From Malacoraja senta (taxonomy: Eukaryota), in the NCBI GenBank assembly GCA_038087875.1, contig CM075995.1, positions 4,776,001-4,840,000 of the forward strand: 64,000 nt of DNA, written 5' to 3'. Both the position numbers and the translations under genes were made by a program. Below are positions 50,025-61,442 of the stretch, one piece after another. Positions within the stretch are counted from its first letter, which is position 1, and every line of letters begins with the position of its first letter. The notes beneath the pieces were generated by a model, which was not told the origin of the DNA, ran no database searches, and worked only from the letters and a program-made list of their open reading frames with translations.

Positions 50025-52797
50025 CCTCTGAATCTGAAGTAAGAGTAAGTGTACTTGGCAGCACCTCTGGGAAAAGGAATGTGAAAGAACTGATTAGGAA
50101 TCTGACAGTAGTGGGGAAGAAGCTGTTAATTCAGGATGTCTGAGTTTTCAAACCTCTGAACCTTCTCCCTGAAGATCTTTTTTAGTTTAGAGATACAGCA
50201 TGGAAACAGGCCCTTCAGCCCACTAAGTCCGCGCCAACCATCGATTGCCCATTCATGCTAGTTCTACGTTAACCCGCCTTCGCGTCCACTGAATACACAC
50301 TAGAGGCAATTTACAGAGGGCCAATTAACCTACAGACCTGCACGTCTTTGGGATGAGGGTGGAAACTGGAGCACCCGAAGGAAACCGATGCGGCCACAGG
50401 GAGAACGTGCAAACTCCACACAGACAGCACCCGAAGTCAGAATCAAACTAGGGATCTCTGATGCTGAGGCCTACTGCCACACTGTTGCTGCCAAAGTGGT
50501 GCAGGTGGTTCGAGGTAGAGGAGAGGCCATGCAAGGTAGAAGAGCAAAAAGGGAATGACCAGGATGGCAGTCATCCTTGACGATACATAGAATCATAGAG
50601 TGATACTGTGTGGAAACAGGCTCTTCGGATCAAATTGCCCACACCAGCCAACATGTCCCAGTTACACTAGTCCCACCTGCCTGCACTTGGTCCATATCCC
50701 TCCAAACCTGTCCTATCCATGTACCTGTCAAACTGTTTCTTAAATGTTGGGATAGTCCCAGCCTCAGCTACCTACTCTGGCAGCTTGTTCCATACACCCA
50801 CCACGCCATATGCTTTCCATGTTGCTGTATACACTTTCAAAATGTACAGGTGTATGGTGGAGAGTATATTGACTGGTTGCTTCGTGGCTTGGTTCTTGAA
50901 TTAAAACGCTCGATAACGAAGGAGGCTGCAGAAAGGGGTGGACATTGTTGAATCCATCAATGGTATTGATCTCCCCACCATCGAATGGATCTACTGGATG
51001 CGCTGCTGGAAGAAGGCAGATAATGTCATCAAAGACACACATTACCCTGGCCGTGCTCCTTCCCAGCTGCAAACATCAGGATTTAGGAACAGGAGCCTGA
51101 GAACCATTATCTCCAGGTGCAACAGCCACCACTTCCCATTAACAATCAAGTTCTTGAACCATGTGTAGGAAAGAACTGCAGATGCTGGTTTAAATCGAAG
51201 GTAGACACAAAATGCTGGAGTAACTCAGTGGGACAGGCAGCACCTCTGGAGAGAAGGAATGGGCGACGTTTTGGGTCGAGACAATTCTTCAGACTGATGT
51301 CAGGGGAGTGGGCGGTACAGAGATAGAATGTAGTGGGAGACAGTAAGACTGGTCGGAGAACTGGGAAGGGGGAGGGGATGGAGAGAGAGGGAAAGCAAGG
51401 GCTACTTGAAGTTAGAGAAGTCAATGTTCATACCGCTGGGGTGTAAGCTACCCAAGCGAAATATGAGGTGCTGTTCCCCCAATTTGCACTGGGCCTCAGT
51501 CTGACAATGGAGGAGGCTCAGGACAGAAAGGTCAGTGTGGGAATGGGAGAGGGAGTTAAAGTGTTGAGGTTTCTTTTCCTTCTTAGTTTAGAAAGATGAG
51601 GGGGATCTTATAGAAACATATAAAATTATAAAAGGACTGGACAAGCTAGATGCAGGAAAAATGTTCCTAATGTTGGGTGAGTCCAGAACCAGGGGCCATA
51701 GTCTTAGAATAAAGGGGAGGCCATTTAAGACTGAGGTGAGAAAAAACTTTTTCACCCAGAGAGTTGTGAATTTGTGGAATTCCCTGCCACAGAGGGCAGT
51801 GGAGGCCAAATCACTGGATGGATTTAAGAGAGAGTTAGATAGAGCTCTAGGGGCTAGTGGACTCAAGGGATATGGGGAGAAGGCAGGCACGGGTTATTGA
51901 TTGGAAACGATCAGCCATGATCACAATGAATGGCGGTGCTGGCTCGAAGGGCCGATTGGCCTCCACCTATTTTCTATGTTTCTATGTCTATGTTTCTCTC
52001 CAGAGATGCTACCTGTCCCGCTGAGTTACTCCAGCATTTTGTGTCTGTAAGCTCTTGAACCACCGCACCAAACCACGACGGACTTTGCACTACTATGCTT
52101 GCTCTGTGTACTTATATGTAATGCTCCATGTACTCGGCCCACCGAGCCCGCACCGACCATCAATCAGCAATTGGACAATTTTTTGTTACAACTTACCGAA
52201 TCCATTTAACCTACAAATCTGTACGTCTTGGGAGTGCGGTTGGAAACGGGAGCACCCGGAGAAAACCCACGCGGTCACTGGGAGAACATACAAACTCCGT
52301 ATAGAAACCACCCGTAGACAAGATCGAACCCCGGGTCTCCGGCGCTGTAAGGCAGCAACTCTATCGTTAAGCCACTGTGCCGCTTGTAATAGAGGAAACA
52401 GGCCCTTCGACCCAACTTGTCCACGCCGACCAACATGCTCCATCGACACTAGTCCCACCTGCCTACGTTTGGCCCATATCCCTCTGAATGTATCCTATCC
52501 AAGTACCTGTCCAAATATTTTTTAAACGTTGAGATGGTACCAGCCTCAACCACCTCCTCCGGCAGCTTGTTCCATGCACCTACCACTCTTTGTGTTAAAA
52601 AAAGTCCTTCAGGTTCCTATTAAATCTTTTCCACCTCACCTTAAAGTACTTGGGTTTCTGTACCTTGGTCAGCAGGTGCAGGGGTACTTTTCACATACAG
52701 TTGAATAAGGAAACAGTATTATGGTCTGATGAAGGATCTCGACCCAAAACGTCACCCATTTCATCTCTCCAGAGATGCTGCCTGTTCCGCTGAGTAA

Positions 52798-53115
52798 AAG
52801 CCCTGTCCCACTGTACGAGTTCATTCAAGAGCTCTCCCGAGTTTAAAAAAAAATCAAACTCGTGGTAAGCACGTAGAATGAACGTAGCGGGTATGTCGGA
52901 GCTCAAGGACGTCTCTTAGCGGCTCGTAACGCTAACGGCAGGTACTCGGGAAACGCGGTAAGCTTGGGAAGACTCGTGAAGATTTTTCAACGTATTGAAA
53001 AATGTCCACGAGAGCCCCGAGTACTTACGAGCGGCCTTTACCGTAAATCTCCAATTTCAAATCGGGGGAAACTCGGGAGAACTCTTGGATGAACTCGTAC
53101 AGTGGGACAGGGCTT
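52798..53115. mobile_element. Harbinger-type MITE B (duplicate)
   Basis: Same TIRs and TWA flanks. Confidence 0.9.
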
Positions 53116-55354
53116 TTACTCCAGCATTTTGTGTCTATCTTGCGTTAGTTCAATGTCCAAGGGAATGATAGTGAAGAGCTTTTTTGATGGCTGACGGAAG
53201 GTTTTTGCTCAACTATTGTCCGATTTAATTAGAATAACTGAGATTATTGTATATTTATTTGTTGTTGTTGCTGCATCTAAATGTGTCTGTAGAGCTGCAG
53301 CAAGTAAAGATTCTCATTGTTACGCTTCAAGTGCAAGTGATAAATATACACTCTTGAACTTGCTACTTTTGTGGTACACTCCGTCCCTGTGTGAGGCAGT
53401 CCCTCTATGTGAGACCAGTTGTTACATTGTTAGCAGTTAATCATCAGACCATTCCAGAGTGCAGTGCTAGTTCGTGGAATGCTTCTTTCTATTTTTGATG
53501 GATTAACCCCACCGGATCTAATGCCTTGATCTAATGCCGGTTCTTGCTCTGCAGGAGTGAACCTGGCTTTTATTTGGAACTGTGTAGGAAGGAAACGCAG
53601 ATGCTGGTTTACACCGAAGGTAGACACAAAATGCTGCAGGAACACAGCCGGGACAGGCAGCATCTCTGGGGAGGAAGAATGGGCGACGTTTTGGGTCGAG
53701 ACCCTTCTTCAGACTGAGGGTCGGGGGAGAAGGAAACTAGAGATATGGAAGGGTACAAAGAGAATGTACTGTGAAAACAATAGACAATAGGTGCAGGAGT
53801 AGGCCATTCGGCCCTTCGAGCCAGCACCGCCATTCAATGTGATCATGGCTGATCATCCCCAATCAGTACCCCGTTCCTACCTTCTCCCCATATCCCCTGA
53901 CTCCGCAATTTTTAAGAGCTCTATCTAGCACTCTTGAAAAACGACAGGCGATGATCAAGGAAATGTAGAATGGTTCATTGTTGGCTGAGGGGAAGGTGAC
54001 AACAAGGCATACAATTAATCAAATCAATTGGAGGTAGACACAAAATGCTGGAGTAACTCAGCGGGACAGAAAGAATGGGTGACGTTTCGGGTCATTCCTT
54101 CTCTTCAGAGATGCTGCCCGTCCTGCTGAGTTACTCCAGCATTTTGTGTCTATCTTCGATTTAAACCAGCATCTGAAGTTCTTTCCTACACATCTTATGA
54201 TCTTGACTTAAGCTCCATCTCAGACGGTGCAGGGGGTATTTTGCACATACAGTTGAATAAGAAAACAGTGTTAGTTTAATATCTTATGGTAAAGTTAGTG
54301 AAAAGAAAGATTTAATTTTGGTAGCAGATGGGAGATCAATCTAAAGCAGATGGCGGCACAGTGGCGCAGCGGTAGAGTTGCTGCCGCACAGCACCAGAGA
54401 CCCGGGTTCAATCCTGACTACGGGTGTCGTCTGTACAGGGTTTGTACGTTCTCCCCGTGACCGCGTGGGTTTTCTCCAGGATCTCTGGATTCCTCCCACA
54501 CAGAGTGTAGGTTAATTGGCTTTGGTAGAAATTGTAAAGTGTCCCTGGTGTGTAGGATAGTGCTAGTGTACGGGGATTGCTGGTCGGCGGGGACTCGGTG
54601 GGTCGAAGGGCCAGTTTCCATGTTGTATCTCTAAACTAAACTAATATCTAAATGCTGGGAAAATATCTTGGTTGTCCAATGCTGACCTTGTCAACTTTAG
54701 TTTAGTTTAGAGATACAGCGCAGAAACAGGCCCACCGAGCCTGCACCGACCAGCGATCCCCACACATTAATACTGTCCTACACACACTAGAGACAATTTA
54801 CACATACACCAAACCAATTAACCTACAAACCTGTACGTCTTTGGAGTGTGGGAGGAAACCGAAGATCTCTGAGAAAACCCACGTGGACAGGAGGAGAACG
54901 TACAAACTCCGCAAACACCACCCGTAGCCGGGATCGAACCCGGGTCTCCGGCGCTGCAAGCGCTGTAAGGCAGCGACTCTACCGCTGCTTCACCGTGCTG
55001 CCCCGGTCAACTCCCCGGGGCAATCCTGTAAAACTGCCAACAGGACAGTCTGTTTACTTATGATGTATGTGTAAGATGGAACTGCAGATGCTGGTTTAAA
55101 CTGAAGATAGACACAAAAAGCTGGAGTAACTGAACGGGACAGGCAGCATCTCTGGAGAGAAGGAATGAGTAACGTTTCGTTCGAGAGGTCTGAAGAAGGG
55201 TCTCAACCCGAAACATCACCCATTCATTCTCTCCAGAGATGCTGCCTGTCCCGTTGAGTAACTCCACATTTTTGTGTTTACTTATGATGAATGGTAACTG
55301 GAAGTGACTGAAGATGCACAGCCCATTGTGTCCTTTCCATGGTGCTCAGATCAT

Positions 55355-55706
55355 AATAATAATAATAATAATGGATTGGATTTATATAGCGCCTTTCTAA
55401 TACCCAAGGCGCTTTACATCGCATTATTCATTCACTCCTCAGTCACACTCGATGGTGGTGAGCTACTTCTGTAGCCACAGCTGCCCTGGGGCAGACTGAC
55501 GGAAGCGTGGCTGCTAATCTGCGCCTACGGCCCCTCCGACCACCACCAATCACTCACACACATTCACACACATGCACACGCAGGCAAAGGTGGGTGAAGT
55601 CTCTTGCCCAAGGACACAATGACAGTATGCACTCCAAGCGGGATTCGAACCGGCTACCTTCCGGTTGCCAGCCGAACACTTAGCCCATTGCGCCATCTGT
55701 CGTCCT
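55355..55706 (-). mobile_element. CORE-type SINE (duplicate of 27577-27928)
   Basis: Same sequence and flanking repeat. Confidence 0.8.
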
Positions 55707-58700
55707 AGATCATGTCCGCATCTCCTAACTAATCTTCAGCTGTCACAGCTCTTGCCTCACAGCACTAGAGATCCGGGTTTGATACTGCCCACGGTTGCTA
55801 TCTGTGCGGTGTTTGCACGCTCTTCCTTGCTTTCCCACCCGCTTCCATTTTCTTCCCATCGCCCAAAGACAAGCTCACAGGTTCACAACTTATAGGAGTA
55901 GAATTTTAGGCCATTCGACCCGAGTCTACTCCGCCATTCAATCCTGGCTGATCTCTGCCTCCTAATCCCATTTTCCTGCCTTCTCCCCATAACCCTGAAT
56001 CCACTATTTTTAAGAGCCCTAGTCTATCTCTAGCCTTAAAATCATCTCAGAGAACCTGGCCTCCACCGCCCTCTGAGGCAATGAGTCCACAGACTCACCT
56101 ACCTCTTGATAAAAAGTGTTCCACTCCGTCCGTTTCTAAATGGCTTACTCCTTATTCTTAAACTGTGTCCCTCTGGTTCCTGACTCCCCCAACAGTCGGA
56201 ACATCTTTCCATCCCTCTATCGTGCCATGCCCTTAACATTCTTAGTATGTTTCAATGAGATCCCCCTCAACCTTCTAAACTCCAGGAGTGACAGATCCAG
56301 CTGCTGTCCATCGCTCATCATATGACTTACCCCTCATCCCTGGAAGTCATAGTCCTCCTCAGATGTGGTCCAATGCAGATTTTACTGGCCCTGGACCCCA
56401 GTCTAGTGGGCAGTAAAATTGATGGAACATGAGGAGGATATGTTCCCGGGATGGCGGGACTGTCATATGCTGAGAGAATGGAGCAGCTGGGTTTGTACAC
56501 TCTGGAGTTTAGAAGGATGAGAGGATATCTCATTGAAACATATAAGATTGTTAAGGGCTTGGACACGCTAAGAGGCAGGAAACATGTTCCCGATGTTGGG
56601 GGAGTCCAGAACCAGGGGCCACAGTTTAAGAATAAGGAGTAAGCCATTTAGAACGGAGACGAGGAAACACTTTTTCTCACAGAGAGTGGTGAGTCTGTGG
56701 AATTCTCTGCCTCAGAGGGCGGTGGAAGCAGGTTCTCTGGATGCTTTCAAGATAGAGCTAGATAGGGCTCTTAAAAATAGTGGATTCAGGCGATATGGGG
56801 AGAAGGCAGGAACGGGGTACTGATTGGGGATGATCAGCCATGATCACATTGAATGGCGGTGCTGGCTCGATGGGCCAAATGGCCTTGTCCTGCACCTATT
56901 GTCTATTGTCTATTGTCTATGCTTGGGGGGAGGGGAGGGAGGAGATAATTAGTTGAAGATTGGGAAAGCTCTGCAGGTAACGATGGGCCGATTTGACCAG
57001 CTCCAATGTTGTAAAGAAATATTGAAAAATAGTGCAGCCAGCTTAATCCTTATCAGACTGGAATGGATAAAGAGCTGGTAAATTTCTGGTCTTGGTAGAG
57101 GAACAAGGATTGTCTTTGGCACAAGCAACACATTTCACACAAAGGTTGATGGGTGTATGGAACGAACTGCCAGACGAGGTAGTTGAAGCAGGGACTATCG
57201 CAACTTTGAGAAACAATTGAACAGGTACATGGATAGGACAGGTTTAGAGGGATATGGACCAAACGCAGGCAAGAAGGACGAGTGTAGATGGGACATGTTG
57301 GTCGGCATGGGCAAGTTGGGCCTAAGGGCATGTTTCCGCACTGTATGACTCTATTTAAAAAGTTTGAGAATTGCTCGATGTATCAATAGTGCGCATTTGC
57401 CATCCTGGCCAAAATGAGCTTGCGACATTGTCTTCATTTCCACACTGATTGTTGACTGAGGCCCTGTCCGATAGACCAGTGAATAACTATTGGAAAGCCA
57501 ATAGTTGTGGTTTGGTCCCTCACCTTATTTGCCACTTAACCACTTGGAACAAAATGGGAATTGAGATGCGATTAATTGTAAATCATTTCAAAACTCACAG
57601 TGCAGGCTTAAGCACTTAAACATCAGGCAGGCACAGTGGCGCAGTGGTAGAGCTAACGCCTTACAGCGCCAGAGACCCGGGTTCGATACGTTCTATGGGT
57701 GTTGTCTGTACAGAGTTTGTACGTTCTCCCGGTGACCTGCGTGGATTTTTTCTGATATCTTCGGTTTCTTCCCACACTCCAAAGACGTACAGGCTTGTAG
57801 GTTAATTGGCTTGGTATAAATGTAAAATTGTCCCTAGTGTGTGTAGGATAGTGTTAATGTGCGGGGATTGCTGGTAGGTGCAGACTCGGTGGGCCGAAGG
57901 GCCTGTTTCCGTGCTGTACCTCTAAACCAATTGAAACCGGTAGTGCTTTTCATTTTTGACATTTGTATTTGTTCATTAATGGTAGATGTTAATTGAATAT
58001 ATACATGAATTTTATGTAGGCACATGTTTTTTTAAATTAGTGCGTAGCTTTTTAAACGTTGTTGTTTCACCCATGTGACTACTTAGGGATTTTTGGACAA
58101 TATTGGGCCAAGTTAATGTATCTCAAAACTTTACCTTGGCATGAGTTTTGAGTCTGCATCCAAAAAATGGTGTACAGCAGCTGGAGATAATCAATTTTGC
58201 TGGAATGTTTTTTTTTCTTTTGTGATTTATGGTGTGGAAATGTTGGTGCTTGGCTCCAATTATGGAAAACCAATGTATTGTGTGATGAAGACACAAAATG
58301 TCAATCCCTACATATTTAGTTTGGTGGAAGTAGGTCCTTCAGCCCACCAAGTCTGAGCCAACCAATCATCACCTGTACACTATGTGTAGGAAGGAACTGC
58401 AAATGCTGGTTTAAATCCATGATAGACACAAAATGCTGGAGTAACTGAGCGGGACAGGTTTCTCTGGAGAAGTCTGAAAGTCTGAAGAAGGGTCTTGACC
58501 AGAAACGTCGCCCATTCCTTCTCTCCAGAGATGCTGCCTGTTCCGCTGAGTTACTCCAGCATTTTGTGTTTACCTTCGATTTAAAGCAGCATCTGCAGTT
58601 CTTTCCTACACATTTTGTCAGCTCCAGTTGAAAGGGAATGTCCCCATTCGCATTTCCTAATAGAATCTTGTGTCAAAGAGGTGAGTAAAGGCCAAACCAA

Positions 58701-60550
58701 AGTCGTCATTCCAAATGCACCTAAGCAAGTCCAACAAGCGGATATATGTACAGGAGGTGTGGGCAAACAAGATTTGTTTTTGTGAGATGGGCAGCTGGTA
58801 GAGCTGATTTAGCTCTTAGGACTAAGGGAATCAAGGGATATGGGGAAAAAGCCTGAACGGGGTACTGATTTTGGATGACCAGCCATGATCATATTGAATG
58901 GCTCGAAGGGCCGAACGGCCTACTCCTGCACCTTTTTTCTATGTATCTATGATACTCAAAGCGGGAAGTGTAGAATTGCATGTAGATAGAGTCATAGAGA
59001 GTGATACAGTGTGGAAACAGGCCCTTTGGCCCAAGTTGCCCACACCGGCCAACATGTCCCTGTTACACTAGTCCCACCTGCCCGCATTTGGTCCATCTCC
59101 CTCTATACCTGTCTTATCCATGTACCTGTCTAACTGTTTCTTAAATGTTGGGATAAATTGTGAACTACAGTCCACCCCAAGCAGCTGAGGAAGTCAAAAG
59201 TTTGTGAAGCTACAAGGTCAGGATAGGAATATATGTATGGTCAGTTGAAGTGACTTCTGCAGAGAATATGTTTAAGAAGGAACTGCAGATGCTGGGAAAA
59301 TCGAAGGTAGACAAAAATGCTGGAGAAACTCAGCTGAATATGATTTGACAGCGTGGGTAGAATGCCCTGTTTTGGTGCCGTGAGTTCTATGTAGTGAATG
59401 CAGCCCTTGTAGCATTACACAATTACTTTCTTTAGTCAGAGGGTGGTGAATCTGTGGAATTATTTGTCACAGAAGGCTGTGGAGGCCAAGTCAGTGGATA
59501 TTATTACAGCAGAGATAGATATATCCTTGATTAGTACAGGTGTCAGAGGATTTGGGGAGAAGGCAGGAGAATGGAGTTAGGAGGGAGAGATAGATCAGCC
59601 ATGATTGAATGGCGGAGTAGACTGGATGGGCTTAATGGCCTAATTCTACTCCTATTCCTTATGACCTTATGACAAAATGATTATTGTTTGTTTGCTTTTA
59701 TGATGATATATGTATATATATATTTATATGTGTGTGTGTGTGTGTATATATATATAGACACACATACACACACACACACACACACATAAAAATAAACAAT
59801 AATAGTTTTGTAATGTTACAAGTGCTGTAGCACTTGCCCATCCCGGACATACATATACATCCGGGTGAAAGGCTGGGACCGTGGTCTGCTGCAAGGCACC
59901 ACTGTCACGGTAGAAGGATATAGGCCACAAGGGGGCAGGTGGGACTGGTGTAGATGGGGCAGCTTGGTCGAATTGGACATGTTGGGTAGGAAAGAACTGC
60001 AGATGCTGGTTTACACCGAAGATTGACACAAAACGCTGGAGGAATTCAGCGGGACAGGCAGCAACTCTGGAGAGAAAGAATGGATGACATTTTGGTTCGA
60101 GACCCTTCTTCCGACTGCAAGTCGGGGGGGGGGAGGTAGTCTAGAGATATGGAAGGGTAAGGTGTGGGAACGACAGATCAAAGCAGACGATGTTAAGAAA
60201 AAGTAGAATGGTTCATTGTTAGCTGAGGGGAAGATGACGAGGCACACAATCAGTAACATTAATCAGAAGGACTGTGAAAATAGTCGGAGAACGAGGTGTT
60301 TCCATGTCTCGATGACTAAACAGTCCAGTAGGTGGAGTCGCAGTCTAGAGAAGAAATGCTGATCAATCTCCGCCAATTAGACCAAGAACATTTTCTGTTT
60401 CCTGCTTACCAGCTGAAATTCAGAACACTGTTAACATGAAAGAATGTGTTGCAAACCTACATGATGCTTCATAATGTACCCCTTTCTTTTCATTCACTTA
60501 ACGCCATATCCCTTATTCTTTAATGATTATGAATGCCCTTCACTGTACAG

Positions 60551-60577
60551 ATAATGGCTTTGAATAATAGCATGGCT
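60551..60577 (+). CDS. Duplicate of candidate microexon 32758-32784
   Basis: Identical exon and splice signals. Confidence 0.55.
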
Positions 60578-60793
60578 GTAAGTAAAGCTCTTTAAGGACA
60601 CATGATTTGTTAACCCTGTCAGGGATGGATCGCAATGAAGGGATGCGGAATTTATCCTGGAGTGCTATTGTATGCAGATGACAACACAATTGGAATTGGG
60701 TGCAACTTGAATCAGTTTAAATTCATAGGCTCTAAATTTACAGATGACGTAGAACTTGGGGACATTGTGAACTTTTAAGAGGAATAATATACT

Positions 60794-61265
60794 TACGATA
60801 CGATATGATGCGATAGAACTTTATTTATCCCAGGAAGAAAAACACAAAATGCACAAAACGCACAAAACATGAAACATGAAATTAAAGTGACGAGTGGAAA
60901 AGCTTGGGGGATGTGCAAAGATTGGGGGGGGGGGGGGGGGGAGTCACTCAGTCTACCCCACGATACAAGGGGGAGGAGTTGTACAGTTTGATAGCCACAG
61001 GGAAGAAGGATCTCCTGTGGCATTCCGTGCTGCATCTTGGTGGAACCAGTCTGCTGCTGAAGGTGCTCCTCGGGCTGACCAGTGTGTCATGGAGGGGGTG
61101 AGCTGTTTGTCCAGGATGCTCCGCGGTTTGAGGAGCATCCTCCCCTCCAAGACCACCTCCCTTGGATCCAACTCCACCCCCAGGACAGAACTGGCCTTCC
61201 TGATGAGTTTGTTGATCCTATTGGCGTACGCAGCCTTCGCCCTACTGCCCCAGCACACGGCATCA
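60794..61265 (-). mobile_element. Rex/Babar-type LINE 3' end
   Basis: CWGSRAKAAYANRINKLIRKASSVLGVELD...EGRMLLK...IL; minus-strand AATAAAGTT followed by an (ATCGT)n-like tail. Confidence 0.8.
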
Positions 61266-61442
61266 AAGAAGCAAAGACTTCCAGGAGAATTTGTCCCGCC
61301 CCCACTTTTTTCCTGCTTTCTTTTCTCCTTTTATTCTGAGGCTATGACCTCTCCCACTAGTGGAAACATCCTCTCCGCATCCACTCTATCCAGGCCTTTC
61401 ACTATTCGGTGCACGTGAATGTCTGCAGAAAGCTAGCCATAA

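Larger units (their letters stand above)
33126..60718 (+). repeat. Copy 2 of the ~27.6 kb duplication; all features of 5347-32925 recur here
   Basis: Colinear with copy 1 apart from scattered SNPs, small indels and one divergent patch at ~55993-56392. Continues into new sequence after 60718. Confidence 0.98.

Noticed and set aside
60894..61418. 174-aa plus-strand ORF
   Set aside because: Antisense shadow of the minus-strand LINE fragment.
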